Shown: positions 18,464-27,640 of the stretch, piece by piece
How positions within the stretch are numbered: position 1 is the first letter of the stretch
How the letters are laid out: every line of letters starts with the position of its first letter
Virus record (IMG/VR): IMGVR_UViG_3300033066_000811
Location: 2,705-66,704 of that record
Direction: 5' to 3' (one strand)
Source: a virus
Taxonomy: Duplodnaviria > Caudoviricetes
Length of the DNA stretch: 64,000 nt
The notes under the pieces: model-generated
Seen by the model: the letters and a program-made list of their open reading frames with translations, nothing else
Told to the model about the DNA's origin: nothing
Database searches by the model: none
Translations under genes and position numbers: made by a program

Positions 18464-19717
18464 ATGAAAGGATTTTTCTCTGTACTGGAATTACCTACTG
18501 TAACTGCTTCAGGTATTGTCACAGGAGAACCTCAGTGTGGTCGTTGTGGTTTCTATCGCAAGTGTAATACACCAAAGATGAAACCATACGGCAAAGGTAA
18601 AAAAAACATCCTCATTGTGTCTGAGTATCCGGGTACAGAAGAAGATAAGACAGGAAAAGCCTTATCTGGAAACTCTGGCAGGTTTCTGGAAGATGTCTTT
18701 GATCGTTTTGGTTTCTCTATCAGGCATGATTGTCATTTAACTTATGCTTTGATATGTAAACCTTCCGCAGAACCAAAGACTGCTCATATCAATTATTGCA
18801 GTCCTAATCTGGTGAATACGATCAAGGAACTTGCTCCTAAAGTCATTATTACTTTAGGAGCAAAAGCTATTCAAAGTCTAGCGTCTTATGTATGGAAACC
18901 TGAGATATCAACTGACCACATGAAAATGGAACCGTGGGCAGGTTGGCAGATTCCATCCAGAATACTGAACGCTTGGATATGCCCTACCTATCATCCTGCT
19001 TATGTTTTAAGACAACGGGATGAAGGTAAATGTCCGATGATTGAAAAGTTTTTCTCCAAGAACATTATGAATGCCTTGGAGAAAAAAGAAAGACCTTACA
19101 AAGAATCCCCTTCCATAGAAAAGAAAGTAGATTGTCTCTATGATGAAGTCAGAATCCTGTCTGCTCTTGATCGTTTCATTGATTCTTCTGTACCAGTCAC
19201 TTTTGACTATGAAACTAACAGAAGAAAACCGGAGAATCCGGGAGGAGTTGCACGTTGTGTCGGTTTGTCTGATGGAAGAAAGAGCATTGCATTTGAATTT
19301 TCTGAAAAAACTAGAAAAAGATTTATAGACTTTCTTAAATCAGATGTCCCTAAAACAGGACATAATACAAAGTTTGAACAGAAGTGGTCAAAAAGAATGT
19401 TCGGTGTCTGGCCAAAGAATGTAATATGGGACACAATGCTTGCTTCCCATGTTCTTTCCAATAAAAGAGGTATCACAGAACTGTCCTTCCAATCCTTTGT
19501 CCGATTAGGATATCCTGACCATAAAAACCACATGAAAAAATGGTTAGGTGCGGAAGACTCTGAAGGTGGGTCTTATGCAAATAATAGAGTCATGGATGTT
19601 CCTCTTCCAGTTCTTTTGAAATACTGTGGCGAGGATGTCTGTATTGAAAATGAATTGTTCTATAAACAGTTAAAGGACTTTAACACCACTTGGGAGGATG
19701 TATGCCGGACAAAGTAA
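18464..19717 (+). CDS. family-4 uracil-DNA glycosylase-like domain fused to PolA 3'-5' exonuclease domain (N-half of split DNA polymerase)
   Basis: CGRCGFYRKC Fe-S motif, IVSEYPGTEED, TYHPAYVLR; Exo I FDYET, Exo II GHNTKFE, WDTMLASHVL, Exo III YCGED. Confidence 0.85.
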   Translation: MKGFFSVLELPTVTASGIVTGEPQCGRCGFYRKCNTPKMKPYGKGKKNILIVSEYPGTEEDKTGKALSGNSGRFLEDVFDRFGFSIRHDCHLTYALICKPSAEPKTAHINYCSPNLVNTIKELAPKVIITLGAKAIQSLASYVWKPEISTDHMKMEPWAGWQIPSRILNAWICPTYHPAYVLRQRDEGKCPMIEKFFSKNIMNALEKKERPYKESPSIEKKVDCLYDEVRILSALDRFIDSSVPVTFDYETNRRKPENPGGVARCVGLSDGRKSIAFEFSEKTRKRFIDFLKSDVPKTGHNTKFEQKWSKRMFGVWPKNVIWDTMLASHVLSNKRGITELSFQSFVRLGYPDHKNHMKKWLGAEDSEGGSYANNRVMDVPLPVLLKYCGEDVCIENELFYKQLKDFNTTWEDVCRTK

Positions 19718-20028
19718 TCAATCGTGCTAATGTCATTGATCCAAAGTTTCTATCTATTTCCAGAAAAGGAAATATGATATCGGGAGAAGACAAAGTCTTT
19801 GTTTGGTTCAAAGGTAAAAGAGAACCTGTTATTGTTTCTGTAGCAGAAAAAGTCAAAGTACATTTAAGCGGAGATGGTTGTCTGTTTACCAGAATGGAAA
19901 TACTTCTGAATGAAGGACTGGTGTGGTTCCCTGATAAACAGTCCTTCGCAATTCTTGAGTTTGGTTTTGACAGGATTCACAATGAGTTTCTTCCAAGACT
20001 TGCAAAGAAATGGAATATCGAATGGTAG
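19702..20028 (+). CDS. hypothetical protein inserted between the two polymerase halves
   Basis: GGAGG RBS, ATG 19702; overlaps both neighbours. Confidence 0.6.
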   Translation: MPDKVINRANVIDPKFLSISRKGNMISGEDKVFVWFKGKREPVIVSVAEKVKVHLSGDGCLFTRMEILLNEGLVWFPDKQSFAILEFGFDRIHNEFLPRLAKKWNIEW

Positions 20029-21467
20029 TTCGTTTTGCAGGAATGAAATTCAATAGGTCCAGATTAGATGCTTACCGACTTCTCCATGAAGGTCAGACTA
20101 CTCTGGCCCACATGGAGAATGCCGGTATCAAGATTGACACAAACTATCTGAGAAAATCCATTGATAACATTGATAAGGTTATCAAAACAAGACATAGAGA
20201 ATTGTTGGACAACAATCCTGATGTGGTTGAAGCATGGAGAAGACGATACGGCAAGAATACAAATATGGACAGTGGGGATCAGATAGGTACGATTTTCTAC
20301 AAAGACTTGGGTTATGAGTCCAAGAATAAAACAGCAACAGGAAAGTTTAAGACAAACATTGAAGCTCTATCCAAGATAGACCATCCGTTTATTCGGGGAT
20401 ATCTGGAAATAAAGAAACTTAAAACAGCAACAGGAACATTCCTTAATGGATTGAGAAACGAATTGACTTCTGATGGTTTTGTCCATCCTTTGTTTCATCT
20501 GCACTTTGTTGTGACTTACAGATCGAGTTCATCAGACCCAAACTTCCAGAATCTTCCAAGTCGAAACTATGAGATTATGCAGCTTGTTAAAAGATGCTTT
20601 ATCTCAAGATTCAAAAATGGACATATAGTTGAACGTGACTTCAAGGCAGTGGAAGTAGCTGTTGCTGCCTGTTATCACAAAGACCCGACCATGCTTCAAT
20701 ACCTGAAGGATGGTTTTGACCTCCACTTGGACATGGGGTCACAGATATTCCTATGCAAAAAATCACAAGTACCAAAGAAGGCAAGATATGAGGCGAAGAA
20801 CAAGTTTGTCTTTCCTCAGTTCTATGGTTCTTTTTACGTTGATTGTGCTAGGAATATATGGGATGCTTGTCTCAATAATCCTTTTGATATCGAAGGTGTC
20901 CCGGTATTTGAGTGGTTGAAGAAACATGGAATAAAGAAACTAGGTCTGTGTGATGAAAAGACTTCTCCAAAGAAAGGAACCTTTGAGAAACACATAAAGG
21001 ACATTGAAGAACATTTCTGGAACAATCGTTTTCCAGTCTATACGCAATGGAAAAGAGACTGGTATAACGCTTACAAACAGAATGGTCTTATTCCTTTCTA
21101 TACTGGCTTTCTGGTTGAAGCGATTAACAGACGTAATGAAGTCATTAACTATCCGATCCAAGGTTCTGCTTTCCATTGTACTTTATGGTCTGCTTGTGAA
21201 ATCAGAAAGAAACTGAAGAAATATAAAATGAAGTCCATCCTGATAGGTCAAGTTCATGACTCACTTATTGGAGATTCCCCCGAAAATGAATTACAGGATT
21301 TTCTGGATATCTCGGAAGAAGTGACTTCAAAAGGATTGAAGAAACATTGGGATTGGATCATTACTCCGATTGGAACAGAAGTCGAAGTTGCTCCTGCTGG
21401 TAAGTCATGGGCAGACAAACAACCTTGGGAGAAAAAAGATGTTTGGAGACCTGTTCTCAACCATTAG
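20022..21467 (+). CDS. polA: family A DNA polymerase, polymerase domain (C-half; start uncertain, 20022 or 20043)
   Basis: LAHMENAGIKID, TYRSSSSDPNFQNLP, motif A DFKAVEV, motif B RYEAKNKFVFPQFYG, NYPIQGSA, motif C QVHDSL. Confidence 0.9.
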   Translation: MVVRFAGMKFNRSRLDAYRLLHEGQTTLAHMENAGIKIDTNYLRKSIDNIDKVIKTRHRELLDNNPDVVEAWRRRYGKNTNMDSGDQIGTIFYKDLGYESKNKTATGKFKTNIEALSKIDHPFIRGYLEIKKLKTATGTFLNGLRNELTSDGFVHPLFHLHFVVTYRSSSSDPNFQNLPSRNYEIMQLVKRCFISRFKNGHIVERDFKAVEVAVAACYHKDPTMLQYLKDGFDLHLDMGSQIFLCKKSQVPKKARYEAKNKFVFPQFYGSFYVDCARNIWDACLNNPFDIEGVPVFEWLKKHGIKKLGLCDEKTSPKKGTFEKHIKDIEEHFWNNRFPVYTQWKRDWYNAYKQNGLIPFYTGFLVEAINRRNEVINYPIQGSAFHCTLWSACEIRKKLKKYKMKSILIGQVHDSLIGDSPENELQDFLDISEEVTSKGLKKHWDWIITPIGTEVEVAPAGKSWADKQPWEKKDVWRPVLNH

Positions 21468-21591
21468 GATTTTCTGGAGAGACTTGGAGTTACTCGGATT
21501 AAGAATTCCCTTTTTGATTGTTTCTGTGTCTTTCCTGCTGTTGTTTTTCATTGCAATTAAACTCTTACTAGGACTATTCAATGTCGAGTGA
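21439..21591 (+). CDS. small membrane protein
   Basis: GGGAG RBS; one hydrophobic helix (IPFLIVSVSFLLLFFIAIKLLLGLF). Confidence 0.4.
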   Translation: MFGDLFSTIRIFWRDLELLGLRIPFLIVSVSFLLLFFIAIKLLLGLFNVE

Positions 21592-22519
21592 ATTACACCG
21601 TCTCTACCGTCCAAAGAAATTATCTGATGTCATTGGACAACCTGATGCAATCAAGATGATTGAATCATGGAAAAAGAAAGATCGGTTTCCTCATACGGTA
21701 TTATTGTCTGGTCCTTCAGGATGCGGGAAAACAACTCTTGCAAGAATCATTGCAAGGATGGTCGGAACAGAGAAGATTGATTTACAGGAAAATGACTGTG
21801 CTAATCTGAACTCTGTTGAAGATATACGGGCATTAAGAGACAAGAAAGGTTTATCCCCCATTGCAGGAAAGACCAGAAGCATCATTCTGGATGAAGTACA
21901 TGCGTTCCGAAAGGAAGCACAGAATGTCATGTTAAAGATGCTGGAAGAACCTCCTAGCCATCTTTACTTCTTTCTGTGTACGACAGAACCCGGTAAGTTG
22001 ATGAATACGATTCGGACAAGATGTACTCAGATTAACATACGTCTTTTAACTGATGATGAAGTCACAGACCTTGCAAAGAATATATGCAAGACAGAAAAAG
22101 TGAAATTATCTGATAAGGTCATTTCCAAGATTGTAGAGATAGCAAACGGATCGGCGAGAAAGGCAGTTGTGACTCTTCATTCCATTATTTCATTGGACAA
22201 TGAAAAAGAACAACTGGCTTGTCTCAACAAAAGTGCTGAATCAGAAAAATCAGCATTTGACATAGCAAAGGCATTGTTCAAAAGAAATGGAATGAGTGAA
22301 TTAGGACCAATGCTGAAGTCTATTGAAGAGACTCCAGAAACAATACGAAGAGTCATTCTCAGTTATGCCTCTTCCATTATTCTTAACTCAAACGGCAAGG
22401 CAGGAATATGTCCTTTTGCCCATGCGGTTATTGAAGAGTTTCGGGAACCTTTCTTTGATGAAAGTTCTGGTAAACCCCTTTTAATTGCAGGGATTTACAG
22501 GCTAACAAATAAAAAATAA
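21581..22519 (+). CDS. clamp loader ATPase (DnaX gamma/tau- or RFC-like)
   Basis: LHRLYRPKKLSDVIGQ, GPSGCGKTT, ILDEVH, LKMLEEPP, TIRTRC. Confidence 0.85.
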   Translation: MSSELHRLYRPKKLSDVIGQPDAIKMIESWKKKDRFPHTVLLSGPSGCGKTTLARIIARMVGTEKIDLQENDCANLNSVEDIRALRDKKGLSPIAGKTRSIILDEVHAFRKEAQNVMLKMLEEPPSHLYFFLCTTEPGKLMNTIRTRCTQINIRLLTDDEVTDLAKNICKTEKVKLSDKVISKIVEIANGSARKAVVTLHSIISLDNEKEQLACLNKSAESEKSAFDIAKALFKRNGMSELGPMLKSIEETPETIRRVILSYASSIILNSNGKAGICPFAHAVIEEFREPFFDESSGKPLLIAGIYRLTNKK

Positions 22520-22538
22520 TTTTTCAGAAAAAACTTCT

Positions 22539-22554
22539 GTCAAGGAACATTATA
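22539..22554 (+). promoter_or_regulatory. phage motif GTCAAGGAACATTATA
   Basis: Identical to 15585-15600; intergenic, 27 nt before ATG 22582. Confidence 0.65.
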
Positions 22555-22581
22555 TATAGTACCTAGAATGAAGGTGAAGAT

Positions 22582-23103
22582 ATGGCCATTGTTCAGAAAA
22601 TGAATTACAGTAATGACCTAAGATCACAAGTCAGTATTGATCCTGACAAACTTGATGTGGAGTGGATGGTTCATGCTGAACGTGTCTTTGATGCTTGTGA
22701 ACAAGTGACTGAATATGAAGAGACTTTTTTAAGTGCGAAAGCAAATGAAGAAGAGGTTTACGCTACTCTGGTCAATCGTGTTAGAAAAAAACCAGAGAAA
22801 TATGGGATTGATAAAATAACTGAGTCAGCTATAAAGTCTGTTGTGGAAGTTCATGAAAAATACATGGCAGCTAAAGAACAGACTATTGCAGCAAGGCATG
22901 AATGGACAACCAGAAAGAATCTGGTTATTGCTCTTGACGCAAAAAAGAAAGCGTTGGAGAACTTGGTAATACTATGGACAAGTAATTACCATAGTGACCC
23001 AAAGGACCGCACAAAAGGACAATCTGATTCCGTTCTTGAGCAGAAGAAAAAAGAACGGTTTCAAAAACAATCAACCAAGTTTCTAAGAAAGAAAAGATTA
23101 TAA
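22582..23103 (+). CDS. UvsY-like recombination mediator (helical)
   Basis: IDPDKLDVEW...ITESAIKSVV...ALDAKKKALENLV; lies next to SSB and RecA. Confidence 0.6.
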   Translation: MAIVQKMNYSNDLRSQVSIDPDKLDVEWMVHAERVFDACEQVTEYEETFLSAKANEEEVYATLVNRVRKKPEKYGIDKITESAIKSVVEVHEKYMAAKEQTIAARHEWTTRKNLVIALDAKKKALENLVILWTSNYHSDPKDRTKGQSDSVLEQKKKERFQKQSTKFLRKKRL

Positions 23104-23393
23104 TGGACTTTATCGAGTTGGTGTTTTCAACAAAAGGTTTCGCGGTTGCTATTGTCTGGTTTCTAGTTTGGGTGGTTCTCATGATGATGGTATTGTCCAT
23201 CACTCATGTTATCTATGTGACCAAACTTAAACTGGATTTTCGCCGATTCAATCAAGACAACGAGATTGAAAAAGCAAAAAAGGATTTACAGGGAATGGAA
23301 AACCCTTATGAAAGTAAGACCTATCCAAAAGATAGTGTCTTCCCTTCATCGGACACTCTTCTCAATTATGGTACGAAAGGCAGACAAAACTGA
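23103..23393 (+). CDS. membrane-anchored hypothetical protein
   Basis: N-terminal hydrophobic helix. Confidence 0.55.
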   Translation: MDFIELVFSTKGFAVAIVWFLVWVVLMMMVLSITHVIYVTKLKLDFRRFNQDNEIEKAKKDLQGMENPYESKTYPKDSVFPSSDTLLNYGTKGRQN

Positions 23394-24664
23394 TGGGAAA
23401 GCGTGACAGAGAACGACGTTCAGCGTATTCGGCAGAGAATGCGGTTAAAGCAAAACAGACTGGTGCATCGTGTCTTCGTGTTCCGTCTGGTGCCAAGTTC
23501 ATGCAGTTTCCAGAGAAAGGGGAATATGTTATTGACATTATTCCTTTCATTCTCAAGAAACGACCTGATCCAACTGACAAAGAGCAGAAGTATATCAAAG
23601 TAGGACACCCTGCTATTCAGTTCACTTACTTTGCTCACACTATAGGACCAGAGAACAAGAAAGTAGTTTGTCCTGCAAGGCAGAGTAGTTCTCCGTGTCC
23701 TGTTTGTGAACATAGTGCAAAACTTCGTCGGATGCCTGAACCTGATGAAGCAATGAAGAAACTGATAAATAGTTTGAATCCAAAAGAAAGAAACCTTTTC
23801 AATGTCATTGAATTGAAAAAGAGAGAAGACGGTATCAAGATTCTCGATATGTCAAACTTTCTTTTCGGTAAACCACTGAGAGAGAAACTGGAAACTTCCG
23901 GTGAGCGATATGTAAACTACGCTGACCCGGAAGAAGGTCTAAGTTTAGAATTGACTGTTGTGAAAGAATCCTTTTCAGGACATACTTACGCAAAAGTTAC
24001 TTCAGTTGGTTTCAGAGAACGAGATAAGCAGTACAAAGAAAGTATCGTCGAAAAAGCACATGCTCTTGACATTATGCCAAGAGAAATGTCTTACGACGAA
24101 ATGAAGACATTGTTTGAAGCGGGTCTCGGTAAAGTCGATGATGACACCGATGACGATGACCGCGACGACGATGACACCGATGACTCTGATACCCGTCGGC
24201 CTCGACGGGGGGACACGGTGAAGTTCAAGTTGAATGGAGAATGGACTATGGGTACGGTTCTCAAGTTTGATGAAGAAGAGAAGGAAGTCACGATTGAAGT
24301 CGATGGTAAGAAGGGGCCAGTTATCAAAAACATCGACAAGGTTGAGATTGTGTCTGAAGATGATGAAGACGATGATGATGATGACAAGAAGAAGAAGCCT
24401 GCCAAGGGTAAAAAGGGCAAGGCAAAGGATGAAGACGAAGACGATGAAGATGATGATGAAGACGATGAAGAGGATGAAGACGAAGACGAAGACGATGAAG
24501 ATGACAAGCCGAAGAAGAAAGGCAAGAAGTCAAAGGATGACGACGAAGACGATGATGACGAAGACGAAGATGACGAAGATGAAGATGACGAAGACGACGA
24601 AGATGATGACAAACCAAAGAAAAAGGGTCGTGGCAGACCTCCCGGTAAGAAGAAGAAAAAGTAG
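23393..24664 (+). CDS. gp32-like ssDNA-binding protein with long charged C-terminal region
   Basis: H...CPARQSSSPCPVCE Zn motif, RNLFNVI, YADPEEGLSL; D/E and K blocks; ends KGRGRPPGKKKKK. Confidence 0.75.
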   Translation: MGKRDRERRSAYSAENAVKAKQTGASCLRVPSGAKFMQFPEKGEYVIDIIPFILKKRPDPTDKEQKYIKVGHPAIQFTYFAHTIGPENKKVVCPARQSSSPCPVCEHSAKLRRMPEPDEAMKKLINSLNPKERNLFNVIELKKREDGIKILDMSNFLFGKPLREKLETSGERYVNYADPEEGLSLELTVVKESFSGHTYAKVTSVGFRERDKQYKESIVEKAHALDIMPREMSYDEMKTLFEAGLGKVDDDTDDDDRDDDDTDDSDTRRPRRGDTVKFKLNGEWTMGTVLKFDEEEKEVTIEVDGKKGPVIKNIDKVEIVSEDDEDDDDDDKKKKPAKGKKGKAKDEDEDDEDDDEDDEEDEDEDEDDEDDKPKKKGKKSKDDDEDDDDEDEDDEDEDDEDDEDDDKPKKKGRGRPPGKKKKK

Positions 24665-24682
24665 TCTATTGTAAGTAACCCT

Positions 24683-24716
24683 AGCCGGGCATGACTTGTT
24701 CATGCCCGGCTTTCTT
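24683..24716 (+). terminator. intrinsic terminator
   Basis: AGCCGGGCATGA/TCATGCCCGGCT 12-bp stem followed by TTCTT. Confidence 0.75.
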
Positions 24717-24733
24717 CATATACAGACATAACC

Positions 24734-25729
24734 ATGAAATCAAAACATTACGTTTCTGTCGGTTCCGGTTTAGTCAATGCTGCTCTTTCTGGAAGCACAA
24801 GCAAGGGAATTAAAAAAGGCAGATATGTCCTTCTTGTTGGAGATTCTGAATCTGCTAAGTCTTGGGTGTGTGCTTCCGTTCTTGCAGAAGCGTCTGTCAA
24901 TCCTCATTTCAAAGATTATGCTCTTGTCTACCAAGACCCTGAGAATGGTATGACAGCTAATATCGAACAGTTCTTTGGCAAGGAACTGGCAAAAAGAATT
25001 CAGTTTGAGTATCCTGATTCAATTGAACATTCTTATGACATAATGGAGAATTATCTGGACCAAGGTCCATGTATAATTATTCAGGATTCAAACGATGCTC
25101 TTGACTCTGAAGCTGATCTTGAAAAGTCTGAAGAGGATAAAAAGAAAAGACGGGAAGGAAAAGATATCGGAGGTTCCTACGGAACTGGTAAAGCCAAGGT
25201 AAACAGTCTTCGCCTGAAACCTATTGTCAAGAAACTCAAGAAAACAAACTCTATCCTGATTATCATATCTCAGACAAGAGATAATCTGGCTCAGTTTACT
25301 TTTGACAAAAAAACAAGGTCTGGTGGGAAGGCATTAAAATTCTATGCTCACATGGAACTGTGGACTTCTTCAATCGGTAAAATCACCAAAACGATCAATG
25401 GAAAGACAAGAACCATCGGAGCAAACATCCAGTTTGATGTCAAGAAAAACAGAAGTACCGGATGGCACGGTAAAGTCGAAGTACCTTTCTTCCGTAAATA
25501 CGGACTCGATGATATCGGTTCCTGTATTGACTTTCTTGTTGAAGAGAAACATTGGTCCAAAGGTAAAGTCATAAAAGCACCAGAACTAAAACTGGAAGGT
25601 TCCAAAGAAAAACTGATTGCTGATATTGAAGCAAAAGACAAAGTTGAAAAACTTTATGAAGTTGTTCAAAGTGTTTGGGACCAAATTGAGGAGGCATCAC
25701 TTGTCAAAAGAAAACCAAAGTATGGTTAA
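24734..25729 (+). CDS. RecA/UvsX-like recombinase
   Basis: GSGLVNAALSG, GDSESAKS (variant Walker A), IIIQDSNDAL, IIISQTR, TRSGGKALKFYAH. Confidence 0.85.
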   Translation: MKSKHYVSVGSGLVNAALSGSTSKGIKKGRYVLLVGDSESAKSWVCASVLAEASVNPHFKDYALVYQDPENGMTANIEQFFGKELAKRIQFEYPDSIEHSYDIMENYLDQGPCIIIQDSNDALDSEADLEKSEEDKKKRREGKDIGGSYGTGKAKVNSLRLKPIVKKLKKTNSILIIISQTRDNLAQFTFDKKTRSGGKALKFYAHMELWTSSIGKITKTINGKTRTIGANIQFDVKKNRSTGWHGKVEVPFFRKYGLDDIGSCIDFLVEEKHWSKGKVIKAPELKLEGSKEKLIADIEAKDKVEKLYEVVQSVWDQIEEASLVKRKPKYG

Positions 25730-26783
25730 TCTGAATAAGTCTTTTCTCAGATACCCCGGAGTCTATTTTGGAAACAAATCCAAGATTGCTTCTGAGGTCT
25801 GGAAAAGACTTGGTAATGTTGACACTTATATTGAACCGTTCTGCGGTTCTGCTTCAATGCTCTGGAAAAGACCTCTTGCCCACTTTGCCGATGGGAAAGC
25901 AAGGATTGAAATACTGAATGATAAGTATTGTCATGCAGTCAACTTTTTGAGAACAATTAAATATAAACCGGAGGTACTTGTCAAAGAAATAAGTACCTCT
26001 GTTGCGTCTGAAGTTGACCTGATTGCAAGATATCGTTATCTTGCATTCGGACATGATAAGAAAGGTTTTTCCAAAAAATTGAAAGCTGACCCTGAATACT
26101 GTGAACCTGTCATGGCAGCATGGTGGGTTTGGGGAATGTGTCTATGGATCGGTAACGACAACTTTCAGGCATTGAAATATGATAACTGGAGAAAAATTCC
26201 CGAGTGTACGACAAGAAAAGGCATCTGCGTCGACTTCAACATCGACATATGTAGTGAAAATTTCTTTTCAGGAAACGACAGATACATCGTGTCCATCAAA
26301 AACAGACACAAATGTATTCACAACTGGATCAATACACTACACAATAGACTTCTTTATACAACTATCGCGTGCGGAAAATGGTCCAGAGTTTGCGAAGCTG
26401 ATTCAATTATCAGAGGAAACGGAACTAAACGAGTCGGCGTATTCCTTGATCCACCTTATCCGACAAAGTCAGAGAGTGGGGTGGAAGAGACAACGAGAGA
26501 CGTATACTCAAAGAGTAAAAGCAGTTTCCGCAAACTGCAAAAGAATGTCATGGACTGGTGTATCAAAAATGCGAATGAAAAGGTTAGAGTAGCTGTCTGT
26601 GGTTATGAAGGAAACGGATACGAACTGCTTGTTAAAGAACATAGTTGGACTGAAATGAAATGGTCCACTATCGGGGGATATGCCAATACAGGAAAGAATG
26701 AAGAGAAGTCAAAAAAGAAGAATCGGTTTCTAGAACGGATATGGTTCAGTCCGAACTGTATCAAGAAAGACTCTTTCTTTTAG
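25722..26783 (+). CDS. DNA adenine methyltransferase (Dam/D12-like)
   Basis: YFGNKSKIA, YIEPFCGSASM, FLDPPY. Confidence 0.85.
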   Translation: MVNLNKSFLRYPGVYFGNKSKIASEVWKRLGNVDTYIEPFCGSASMLWKRPLAHFADGKARIEILNDKYCHAVNFLRTIKYKPEVLVKEISTSVASEVDLIARYRYLAFGHDKKGFSKKLKADPEYCEPVMAAWWVWGMCLWIGNDNFQALKYDNWRKIPECTTRKGICVDFNIDICSENFFSGNDRYIVSIKNRHKCIHNWINTLHNRLLYTTIACGKWSRVCEADSIIRGNGTKRVGVFLDPPYPTKSESGVEETTRDVYSKSKSSFRKLQKNVMDWCIKNANEKVRVAVCGYEGNGYELLVKEHSWTEMKWSTIGGYANTGKNEEKSKKKNRFLERIWFSPNCIKKDSFF

Positions 26784-26791
26784 GAGTGACC

Positions 26792-27640
26792 ATGCAACGA
26801 TCATGGCTTATACTTGATGTCTCAAACTTGGCATATAAAGCCATGTATACGACTGGATGGATGGAGAATGATGGAGACCCTACTGGAGTTCTTTATGGAC
26901 TCTTTAGGGATGTCTTCAATCTGAGAAGAAGATTCAATACTGACCATATTGTATGGTGTTTCGATTCCAGAAATAGTCATAGAAAAAACATCTATCCTCA
27001 GTACAAAGAAAAGAGATTACAGAAAACAGTTGAAGAAAAAGAAAAGATTGACAAGTTACATAGACAATTGGATGATCTTCGTAAGAAATATCTCCCTGTT
27101 GTCGCTCATAATATTTTTTACAAGAACGGATATGAAGCTGATGACATGATAGCATGTGCTGTTAATAAAATAGTACATGATGACATAATCATTGTTTCCG
27201 GTGATGAAGACCTGTATCAATTGCTTCATAAGAATGTCTCTATGTATTCCATGCGTAAAGACACTATTATGAATAAAACAAAGTTCAAAAGAGAGTATGG
27301 AATAAAACCAAGTGAATGGTCACTTGTGAAAGCACTGGCAGGATGTTCTTCTGACAATATCAAAGGTATTGAAGGTATTGGTGAAAAGACAGTCTGTAAA
27401 TGGATAAACAATACCCTCAGTCCTTCTTATAAGACATTCAAGAAACTGGAGAAACTGGAAAAGGTTTATCTGAAAAAGAATCTCCCTCTCGTTCAACTGC
27501 CTTTTGATGGACTTGAACTGGAACAGGAATTAAAAGACAAACCTGATCTTCATGAAAGCCACAAGGACTTTACTACGATATTAGGACAACTAGGAATCAA
27601 ATCACTTGGAGGAATGGATGGCAAAGGGAAAAGGGAGTAG
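26792..27640 (+). CDS. 5'-3' exonuclease / flap endonuclease (T4 RNase H-like)
   Basis: LILDVSNLAY, RKNIYPQYK, GYEADD, VSGDEDL, SDNIKGIEGIGEKT; AGGAG RBS. Confidence 0.9.
   Translation: MQRSWLILDVSNLAYKAMYTTGWMENDGDPTGVLYGLFRDVFNLRRRFNTDHIVWCFDSRNSHRKNIYPQYKEKRLQKTVEEKEKIDKLHRQLDDLRKKYLPVVAHNIFYKNGYEADDMIACAVNKIVHDDIIIVSGDEDLYQLLHKNVSMYSMRKDTIMNKTKFKREYGIKPSEWSLVKALAGCSSDNIKGIEGIGEKTVCKWINNTLSPSYKTFKKLEKLEKVYLKKNLPLVQLPFDGLELEQELKDKPDLHESHKDFTTILGQLGIKSLGGMDGKGKRE

Noticed and set aside
19690-20045. Group I intron or intein splitting the polymerase
   Set aside because: No P7 GACTA/TAGTC pair or intein termini found; the insert has its own RBS and is translationally coupled on both sides.
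24091-24674. Poly-Ser, poly-His and Met/Thr/Lys ORFs
   Set aside because: Shadow frames of the GAT/GAC/GAA repeats encoding the SSB acidic tail.
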